Shown here piece after piece: positions 52,521 through 64,000 of a DNA stretch of 64,000 nt. Position 1 is the first letter of the stretch. Every line of letters begins with the position of its first letter. Location of the stretch: NCBI RefSeq assembly GCF_006345805.1, contig NC_042999.1:137392001-137456000 (forward strand), given 5' to 3'. The notes below the pieces were generated by a model. That model was not told where the DNA came from. It made no database searches and worked only from the letters and a program-made list of their open reading frames with translations. A program made the translations under genes and the position numbers. The DNA comes from Octopus sinensis (lineage: Eukaryota).

Positions 52521-54623
52521 CGTATATATTAGGTGACGATAACACACAGTAATCGTTTGATCGGATACAAATAACCCAATCGCTTTCAAATCACTACAGT
52601 CTTTATATTAATAATACAAGTAAGAACACATTGAACATAATGGTCATCCTAGATCTGCTCATTTAGAGTTGATGTGGGACTTACATCCTTTTATCTAAAG
52701 AGAAACCTTGCAATCTTTTATGCAGAGACTAGAATGACTGCCCATGCAGTCGCTTCACTTAGAAATAGCAAGCAAATCTCTCTCAGATAACATACCACCA
52801 TCTTAAACGAAAGCTAATTGGATTATGTAGTAGTCTCTTACAAAACCTTTTTTTCCAAATTTTAAGCCTCAAAATTAGGGCGTTTCCTATACACATTAAA
52901 ATACAGTATATACACACGTATGTACATATGGGTGAGTGTATTTTACTGACTGTTTGCCATTGCATCACGTGATACTTCTGATCTTCTGAGGAAATATATC
53001 TGGTCATGGAGAAATATTACTTACTTAGAAATGGTGAGGGTTGGTATTAGGAAGGACATCTAGGACGGAATTTATTGAGGCATTCAATAACGTCCGTCCA
53101 GCCCATGCAAACATAGAACAGTAGATGTTAAAAGAATGATGAAGAAGCTAGTTCTCCAATACTTTATCCAATTAGCCATTTCATTCAAGTGGGGTAACAG
53201 TACGAATAAAAATAATCCCATACATCCCAATATAAAGAAACTTCAATCAGGAAATAATTATAAACTAGAGTATAGGAATTAATTAGGTAGTAGTGAGAAA
53301 ATAGAAGGAACAAATAAAAGTATTTTCCGCATAACTAAATCCATCAACACATTACATACATAAGTATTAGATACAAACAAACATAAATAAACCCCCCACT
53401 TCCCTGTCAGTTTCATAACTATTCCAGTTGTTCAATCAAGTGACTTAATTATTGAATTAGCTTCTAAGTGGCTATGTATTCCACAAGTGTGTGCATTATT
53501 AATTCTTAGACGTAATCAGTGTCACAATGACAAGGTTACCTCACAGGCTTGGCTGACCCAAAGCTATATAGTATAAGAAACTTATTCAGTGGTATTGAGC
53601 GCAATATCTCATTATTATTGCAACACAAACTTTTTTAATGTCTTGGCCATATTTGCACCTACTTTTTATACATACACACACAGATATATAGACATTCAAG
53701 CACCATCCGAATGTGGCCGATGCCAGCACCGCCTTGACTGGCTTCTGTGCCGGTGGCATGTAAACAGCACCAACCGATTGTGGCCACTGCCAGCCTCCCC
53801 TGGCACCTGTACCGGTGGCACGTAAAAAGCACCCACTACACTCACGGAGTGGTTGGCATTAGGAAGGCTATCCAGCTGTAGAAACACTGCCAGATCAGAC
53901 TGGAGCCTAGTGCAGCCTCCCGGCTTCCCAGACCCCGGTCAAACCGTCCAACCTGTGCTAGCACAGAAAATGGACGTTAAACGATGATGATCATCATCAT
54001 CATTTAAATATCCACTTTTTTGTGCTTGCATGGATCACATGGGATTAATTGAAGCAAATTTCCAAAGGCTGAACGGCCTTCTTGTCACCAACCCTCATCT
54101 GGTAATAATCTTTTCACCTATCAAACAGTAAACAACTCAGACATTGTTACACTGTGAACTAAAACAAATACAATATGAACCTTTTGTTTTCAATGATTGC
54201 ACAACATGTTAAGACATATCAAGCAGCACTGACATGCTTTTTACAACTGACTGCAAGTAAAGGCCAAAACTTGTATTATTGTTTACAGTCAGTAAACATG
54301 CATGAAGATAAGGGGAAAATACAAACCCCATTCACAAACAGACACACGCAATATATGACAGACTTCTTTAGTTTCTATCAACCAATTTCACTCACAAAGT
54401 ATTGGTTGACCCACAATTGTATATAGAATGCCTGCTGACAACAGTCAGGCAACAGAACCGAACCCCTAACCACATGTTTCCAAAATGAACTTCTTGACCA
54501 CACAGCTATGCCTGTGCCTATACAAACATCTATTTTACATTCAAATCAAAAACAAAATATTTGTGAAAAAGAAATTCACCAAATGGAATAAAAGATTCAG
54601 TAAAGGAAGGAAATATAACTTAC

Positions 54624-54664
54624 CAAATTGAAGTTGTCATTCATGAAGGCATACTCAGAGATTC
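54624..54664 (-). CDS. 41-nt exon carrying the probable stop (ESLSMPS*)
   Basis: ttctgttcttttgtctttcag|GAATCTCTG...TTTG|gtaagt; phase 0 matches the upstream exon; TGA at 54643-54641. Confidence 0.6.
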
Positions 54665-55651
54665 CTGAAAGACAAAAGAACAGAAATACTAATGAAAATG
54701 AAACTAATGAAATAATGAATGATAAAATGAAAAATATTACCTTAAAATAAATTACTGTATTGATTTTATATATTATGTAACTACACAACTGGCACCTGTG
54801 CCAGTGGCACATAAAAGCATCCATTACACAAAGTGGTTGGCATTAGGAAGGGCATCCAGCCATAGAAACCATGACAAATCAGACTGGAGTCTGGTGCAGC
54901 CTCTCTGCTTACTGGCCCTGGTCAAACTGTCCAGCATGGACAATGGATGTTAAATGATTACAATGATGATTTATATATGTGTGTGTGAGATCGTTGCCAA
55001 TGCCGCTAAACTGGCTCCTCTGCAGGTGGAACATAAAATGCACCATTTGAGTATGGCCGTTGCCAGCACCGCCTGACTGGCCCTTGTGTTGGTGGCACAT
55101 AAAAGCACCCACTACACTCTCGGAGTGGTTGGTGTTAGGAAGAGCATCCAGCTGTAGAAACTCTACCACATCAGATTGGAGTCTGGTGCAGCCATCTGGT
55201 TCACCAGAACTCAGTAAAATCATCCAACCCATGCTAGCATGGAAAGCGGACGTTAAACGATGATGATACACACACACATTTTCTCTTCTCTTCCTGTCTC
55301 TATAACTCTTTCTCTTTCACACTGCATATATATGACGTGTAGGGTTTCATTACTTATTGACTGCTACCAAGCCTAGCATGTGCACTTGTCCTACAGTCTT
55401 ACGTTAATTCTCCCTCTATCTCACTCTCTCTCTCCCATATATATATAATGAAAGACATCACTGGAGAAATCAGCAAAACAATCAACATTTATTTACATCA
55501 ACTATTATAATGCAAAGTATCATCATTATTATTACTACTACAATTCACAAATGCATCTGGAAATGAAATAAATTATCTCAAGAAAACTGTTTTTAAATTG
55601 TAATCAAAAACTGAAATTAACAAAATAAAATAAAATATTGTAAAAACAAAC

Positions 55652-55847
55652 CTTTGCTTGCGTTATAAGATTTTCCCTAAGTTGATAAACATCCATTTCT
55701 GAAGGGAGCATTTGATGTTCGGAAGACAATTGTCCTTGTTCCCATAAGTGAGAATATAGTTCATGGTCCGTAATGCTGATAGGGCTACTGAGATCATTGA
55801 CAATCCTTTGTGTTGGTGCTAATCTATGGAAAATATCCAGTGCTTCA
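55652..55847 (-). CDS. 196-nt coding exon of an unidentified gene
   Basis: ttatcatctatag acceptor and AAG|gtttgt donor; the only open frame gives EALDIFHRLAPTQRIVNDLSSPISITDHELYSHLWEQGQLSSEHQMLPSEMDVYQLRENLITQAK; no recognisable repeat motif. Confidence 0.65.
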
Positions 55848-56108
55848 CTATAGATGATAACAGAAAAAGAAAAAAATTTATATATATGAATATATATGAT
55901 GATGATGAATGTCATCATATATATTTGAATATTAAATACTGACTTCATAGTATGACATATTTTACAGATAATGTTCAGTCATGTTCAATTAAATTTCTTA
56001 AATCACATCCATACCTCTGTAGTCTTTTTCATAGATTTATTTTACTTTGTAATAGCATATTATTATTATATATCAAAGCCTTACATCACACATTTTCAAT
56101 TTACTCAC

Positions 56109-56162
56109 TAGTACCCTTTACCACTCTCAGAGTATCTGTGAGCAAAGGTTATAGAGGTATAA
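56109..56162 (-). CDS. 54-nt symmetric phase-2 exon (YTSITFAHRYSESGKGY)
   Basis: ttttattttgtatcaaaatctttag acceptor and CTA|gtgagta donor; the single open frame joins in phase to the 55847 exon. Confidence 0.6.
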
Positions 56163-57923
56163 CTAAAGATTTTGATACAAAATAAAATACAAGACTATTA
56201 CAAATTAAAATAAATATTGAAAATCATAATATATACATTTTAGATGGCTAACATGACTACTACAATGTAAGTATCAAGGTATCTATGTGTAGTTAAATGG
56301 ATATCATCACTACTACAATGTGAGCATAATATGTTAAAGAAAAAAGTAGTCAGAATTGTGTATTAACTATTTACTGAGTGCTTTCATCCCCTTTAGGGAT
56401 TTGTCACGAATTGTTGATGACTGTCATTAAAAAGATTACTGCATACCATAGTAGAGATTAACAGATTTCATTCTGGTTGAGTCAGTCCCTTGCTACTCTG
56501 AGTTTTATGTGTGGCTGCAGAGTCTTCAGGCATGTTATGACTGTTGTAACATACCTGAAGACCCTATGCACCCACATGCTAAACTCAGAGTAACGAGAGA
56601 CAGAAGTGACTAAAATTGTGTGTGTGTGTGTGTACAGAGATAGAGAGAGATGAGGCAAATAAACAAATAAAACTGCTTAGGCTAGACACATAATATACAT
56701 ATATATATATATTCATGTCAATAGAGAGGGACAATGACTGAAGATATATTTATATATTCACATATATTTATATATATTAACAGAACATATTTACAGAGTA
56801 CAAAGACACCGAAAACTGAGGAAAGAAGGTATGGCATTTCAGGTCCATGCATCACTATCTCCATATCTGCTCACCTGATTTCTCGTATAACTACTCTTTA
56901 CTCTGCAGACTTAGTCCTTGATAAAGATTTTAGAGTGTAAGTCCAAATCTTTTGAGCACTATTGTTCTCTATATTGAGCATCTCTGGATCTCATCTGTTG
57001 ACTCTCTCTCATATGTGTGTGTACACGCACACATATGCACAGACATGTACACACAAAAATGTGTTAGTTTGTTTACGACCCCTAACTTAGCAAGACATAC
57101 AGTAAGTTCTGGGATCACTGGGGTAGATTTATTTGACTAAACCCTTCAAGGTGGTGGCCCAGCACGGTCACTGTCCAATGACTGAAACAAGTAAAAGATA
57201 TGTATACACACACACATATATATATGGTTATATGTATATGTATAAATATATATGTATTCGTGTGCGTAATATATATGTATATTTGCACCAACAGGCACAT
57301 CACATGATGTTCCACACATCAGGTATCACAGAGCAATACGAGATGAAGCGTTTTGCTCAAAAACACAATGAAACACTCGGTCCAGGAACTGAAACAATGT
57401 TCTCATTATTGTGAGTGCAACACCCTTAACCACTGAGCCATGTGTCCTTTCACACACATATAGAAAATGTATGCATATATAGATAGATATATGTTGGTGT
57501 ATAAATACACACAAACATATACATACACACATTCAGATATATATATTTCTATGTTTGTCTGTGTGTCTTCATAATGTTAGTGACATTGGTTTATGGCTAA
57601 CATAAGTTACCCAGTACCTCAGTTGTTGCTGACCAGTGGAATAATGTATTGAAATCAAGGACATCCTGCCCTAAACTGCCACAGAGCAGAAATTCAAGGG
57701 AAGTTTACCTACTGCTCTGTTACTGATATTGCCAACCACCCCGACCATACTGAGCAGCTGAACTGAATATCCCTGGACCAGTGAAGAAGATTACAATGAT
57801 ATTGTGTCATTTTTAGCACAATGTACGTTCTCTCCTCTTATGACTGTTTTATATCAAGTTATAAGAAAAACAATTCAACAGTAAACTGAAGAATCACCCA
57901 ATACTTTTTAGTAGAGGACTGAC

Positions 57924-57958
57924 CAGGCCAAAACTCTGAGATTGCTGTCGCACATCTC
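57924..57958 (-). CDS. candidate 35-nt exon (EMCDSNLRVLA)
   Basis: acttttacaag acceptor and TG|gtcagt donor; ends in phase 2, compatible with the 56162 exon. Confidence 0.3.
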
Positions 57959-58024
57959 CTTGTAAAAGTTTAATAAATATACAAACATATGTGTATTGTT
58001 TCATGTGTATTTTTTTATTTTTTA

Positions 58025-58400
58025 TTTGTGTCAGTCATTTGACTGTGACCATGTTGGAGCACCACCTTTAGTCAAACAAATCAACCCCAGGACTTATTCT
58101 ATGTAAGCCTAGTACTTATTCTATAAGTCTCTTTTGCTGAACTACTAGGTTATGGGGGATGTAAACACACCAGCATCAGTTGTCAAGCGATGGTGGCAGG
58201 GACGAACACAGACACACAAACATATACATATAATATATATATACGACAGGCTTTTCAAATTTCTGTCTGCCAAATCCATTCACAAGGCTTTGGTTGGCCC
58301 GAGGCTATAGTAGCAGACACTTGCCCAAGGTGCAACGCAGTGGGACTGAACCCAGAACCATGTGGTTGGTTAGCAAGCTAGTTACCACACAACCACTCCT
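58025..58400 (-). mobile_element. tRNA-derived SINE (family A)
   Basis: Reverse complement of 17436-17812. Confidence 0.85.
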
Positions 58401-59149
58401 GTGTGTATATATGTGAAAAGATACAATAAAACTGCAAGGATAGTATTAGAAATATACGAAAACAAAAGTGAAACAAAATTTTTTAAAATAGCTTCATATA
58501 TCATTTAAATTAGAGTTGGGGAAACCCCCACCCGTAGGCACAAATGCGCCTGCAAGCCCATTTTACTGCACCCACAGGTTGGCATACTCATATGTACAGA
58601 ATATAGTCAATTTTTCAATTATAATATTTATACAATACTCGTATGCCTTTTTGCGACAGGTCACATTTCCACTATGACTTAAAATGGTTATGCTCAATCA
58701 GAAAATTGTCCAGTAATTGCCATTTGAATGGAAATTTTGTTTTCACTATAAAACACATATTGCTAAGTTTGTACCACCTCCTTGAGACTCAACTAAAATC
58801 TAGCTAAAAAATTTAGAATACCTCATGAGTAATATAAATGTCCTAAATTCAGCAGCAGCATTAATGAAGATGTTACGTGTTAATTTAATGTATTAAACTT
58901 ATCTTCATTAATGTATATCAAATTATATATAGATATATATATATATATATACAAAATTTACCAAGATATAAGTGTTAGAACTTATGATCTGCCTGCAGAC
59001 CTTTTTTTCTTTTTTGGGGAAATTTTTGCACACCACACTGAATCCCCACCCCTGATTTAAGTACTAAAGAAACTTATGAATCATTGTACATACACCCCCA
59101 TACATACATACATACTAGAAATCAAAAAGCAAGCACATCATGCGGCAAA

Positions 59150-59600
59150 CTTGAGATGATGCTATGCCCAGACAGAGGTATTATAGCTTACACAAAAAAA
59201 TCAGTGTTTACAAGACATTCATACTGACAACACTCTTGTATGCTTGCGAAACATGGGCAACTCATAGTAGATACATAAAAATACTTGAGAGATTCCACCA
59301 CAAATGCCTCAGAAGAATACTGAAGGTGAAATGGGAAGATCTGCTGTCAGATATATATGGAAATGCTTCAGAGGGCAGGCTGTGCATCTTTTGAATTACA
59401 GTATAAATTAAAATGCAATAAGCAGAGCACCTTGTATGTCTGTCAAATGTAAGGCCACTCAAACGGTTATTTTATGGGGAATTACAATTTGGAAAATGAT
59501 TTCAATATTAGCAAAAGAAACAGTACAAAGACTGCATTCATGACAACTTAATGAAATTGAGAGAAAGTAACTGATAGAAACAGATGGAGATAAAAGATGA
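59150..59600 (+). mobile_element. RTE-BovB-like LINE C-terminal fragment
   Basis: KISVYKTFILTTLLYACETWATHSRYIKILERFHHKCLRRILKVKWED. Confidence 0.85.
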
Positions 59601-60527
59601 TGCTGTTCAGAGACATGACAAACATCATAAAATAGGGAACAGCAAGCTTAGACAACAAGCTAGTTTTTCATTTTATATCCTGTCACTGACACTGAAGGCC
59701 TAAATTCTATACTTCTGTAGAAAATTTGCACTTTCAGCCAACATAGAGGAGACAAGTGAAACTCATTAGATTGTCTTAGTTATAATTTAAGTTCAGAAGC
59801 ATGTTTTGCTATATTTTATTTGTTTTGATCATTGGAATATGGCCATACTGGGGTACCATGTTAAAGGGATTTAGTCAAACAGGTTCCTTCCCCACCAGTA
59901 CTAAGTTTTTTTAAGTCTGACATTCTATCAGTGTCACCCCACCACCCTTGTATATGTACTATGGGCTTCCACACAGTTTCCATCTACCAAATTCATTCAC
60001 AAGGAATTAGTAAGCCTGGAGCTATAGCAGAAGATACTTGCTTAAGTTATCAGACAGTGGGAGTGAATCCAAAACCATGTAATTGCAAAGCAAGCTTCTT
60101 AACCACACAGCAATGTCTGTGCTTGCTTTATTATGAAAAAAATAACAGAAAATCCAGATCTTCAAATTTTGAAGTTAATTATACAAACTGCTGCAGAAAG
60201 TTTTATTCCCCCTCTTTTTGAAATCTACACTTCAAGTCTTGTGACAAAATAATACATCATCATTGTTTAATATCTGCCTTCCATGCTGGCATGGGTTGGA
60301 CAGTTTGACAGGAGCTGGCCAGGCAGAAGACTGCCTTTCCTAACATCAACCACCCCACAAAGTTTTAAAATAGAGAATTCATTTGTGACAAATGCTTTAA
60401 TCCATTTTTTAACTATGTTTCTGACAAAAATGCTTTTATCAAGAATTTGGAGTGAGCTTAGTTAAAACAGAAACTTTAAGCTTTCTGAATGGATTTGATA
60501 GATGGAAACTGTAAGAAGCCTGTGGTG

Positions 60528-60564
<37 letters not shown>

Positions 60565-60962
60565 ATGTGCGCGTGTGTCTTTGTATTTGTCCTCACCATT
60601 GCTTGACAACTGGTGTTTATTTATGTCCCCATAACTTAGTAATTCAGCAAAAGACACTGATAAGTACCAAACTTTAAAAAAGAAAAGTACTGGGGTTAAT
60701 TTGTTCTATGCCCCAGCATGGTCACAATCCTAAGACTGACACAAGTAAAAGGTAATAATGAATGCAGGTTGGTATTGAAAGGTTTAAAGTAAGCACTATA
60801 AAATAACAGGTGAATTTTGTTTGGTTGTTGGTATACAGTAATTTTTGAACAACTATTAAGATACTAATGTTCAAGTATGAAGATGATACAATTTCAGCTC
60901 TACTTCTGTAGAAATAAGAAGAATATATTTTGCATTCATAAATGTATGTGTGTATGATAATT

Positions 60963-61033
<71 letters not shown>

Positions 61034-61232
61034 CATGCTTAACATATATGCTATGTGTATTTGTCAGTATGCTGCAATTTGGCATGGTGGAGATTACTCT
61101 CTCAATGCACTTTGAGATAGTAATCTCAACTATGTCAAATCACAACTTACCGGCAAATACACAAAAATTTGACATCAAGTATGTGTGGTCAATAATGTTT
61201 ATTACACTAGCACTGCTTCTATTTCATATTTT

Positions 61233-61288
<56 letters not shown>

Positions 61289-62117
61289 TATATGTATATT
61301 GTGTTAGTAAGTTGTCCATAAGTCAGAGAAAAAAAGCACACTCAATATGAGTAATAGAGTGTTATATTGCAGAGCAGTATGTTACTTGTAACTGATTAGA
61401 ATAAAACCAACAGTAACCTTCTGACAATTTTATGTTATAACCAGTAATATACTGTTCAATGATGTAAGTTTTTTTTTACTACTTCTACTTCTCCACCCTA
61501 CTGTCATTATATAACTTCTTTATCCTGGTTATGTTATTGATAATTATGGAAATAATATATGAAATGAAAGATGCAATGGCCCACATGGATGGATACATAG
61601 AGAGGCAGATATTATAAATGCAAAGGCACAACACAGTAAGCATTAGAAAACCAAAGGTAAACTTTAAGTAGCTAAAACTACAATTTTAAGCATTCCATTA
61701 TGTAACTTTAAACAGATGTGTGTGTGTGTGCGAATATATATATTTTATAATAATAATAATATAAGGGAATATTATTCCAAACTTACAGGGGAAAATTCAA
61801 TTTAGAAATACTAAGTCAAATTTTGCAAAATATAATATATACATATAAATTAGAAAAAGACCACCTTTTATCAATTCAACAATTAAAAATTTAATTATAC
61901 CATTTAGAAAAATTACATATTAAAATATATCCCTTTCTAGATGGTATAGGAATATCCTTCAAAGATGAATTCCCAAAAAGTAGTTCTATTTTACCTGTAA
62001 GTTCCATAACCAACGATAATGAGGGTAAACTCTCAGAAACGTTAGCTATAAATATAATATAATAATAATATGAGGGAATATTATTCCAAACTTACAGGGA
62101 AAAATTCAATTTAGAAA

Positions 62118-63090
<973 letters not shown>

Positions 63091-64000
63091 CAAGCATACA
63101 CATTGCACACACTGGTTCTGCAAAGTTCTATGGGTCAAAGCATCATCATCATTCTTTAACAGCTGTTTTCCTTGCTGGTACAAATTTATTTGGTTATATG
63201 ACAAATCTATCCAACATATGTCAACATGGAATAAACAAAAAATTAAAGCAAAAGGCAAATCTACTTTCTTTAGCACTTTTTCTGAAAATGTGCATCCAAT
63301 GATGATCATTCATAATAAACATGAAGACTCCAAATCCTTTAAGCCTCTCAGCTGAAAGGTCCTTGTCTTGCTGGTGCAGGGGTGCTGAAGTCACATAAAA
63401 AGCACCTGTGCTGGTTCCACATAACAACACCCAGTATACTGTCAAGTGGTGGGCATTAGGAAGGGCATCCAGCTGTAGAAACCATGCCAAAACAGACAAT
63501 TGGAGTTCAGATAACACTCTGGCTGGCCAGCTCCTGCTAAACTGTCCAGCCCATAACCAGCAAGGAAGATGGATGTTAATGATTATGATGAAATTAGATT
63601 GTATGACATACATTGATTTATCATTATTATTATTATTTTTTACTAACACTTTGCTGATAGTGAAATAACAAGTCATATATTTTTAAGAGTGGTGAGAACT
63701 AAAGCTAATTGTATTCTCTCTACAAATACCCTTGCAGAAGGTATGTTAATACCTTCTCATTCCCTTCTTTTGAAATATGACGAAACTGAGCCCCATCCAA
63801 TGCCAGTCTGTTCTTAATCCTATTCTCCACCACCAAGCCCCTATTCGTTACCCCACTCCTGTTCTATACACCCTATCCTATTCTACATACAATGTAATAA
63901 AATTTAGTCTGCAGCTGTCATGTTTTATATCTCATCTAAAATGTCACAATCTTGCTGGATGCAAGCCATTGCATCTTCCAGTTTGTGTATTATTTTCCAT

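Noticed and set aside
56909-56936. Plus-strand 28-nt exon candidate (ctgcag|...AGT|gtaagt)
   Set aside because: Isolated, antisense to the supported gene, and no partner exons; could be a chance splice-like match.
63100-63206. Apparent exon with an LRR-like DLSYNQI motif and a GT donor
   Set aside because: Its core GTACCAGCAAGGAAAACAGCTGTTAAAGAATGATGATGATG matches the RTE/SINE (GAT)n tail found throughout the window.

Overview
AT-rich, repeat-dense animal genomic DNA. The mix of SINEs, RTE and CR1 elements and very long (TA)n/(TACA)n/(CA)n tracts resembles a coleoid cephalopod such as Octopus (inference, not verified). Most ORFs in the supplied track are microsatellite or repeat artefacts. 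Supported content: (1) a young, almost complete HERO/NeSL-type non-LTR retrotransposon with RT, CCHC knuckle and restriction-like endonuclease at about 28.95-32.37 kb; (2) decayed CR1/L2-like and RTE LINEs, a DD36E-spaced Tc1 element, a TIR-bounded DDxD element, hAT remnants and at least three SINE families, some in tandem arrays; (3) phase-compatible exons of an unidentified minus-strand protein-coding gene ending near 54.6/52.5 kb, plus weaker isolated exon candidates; (4) several long inverted repeats. These include a 440-bp palindrome whose arms carry a Penelope-type minimal hammerhead ribozyme motif, and an intronic hairpin whose G-U wobbles favour the gene's strand. No prokaryote-type system such as CRISPR or an operon is present.
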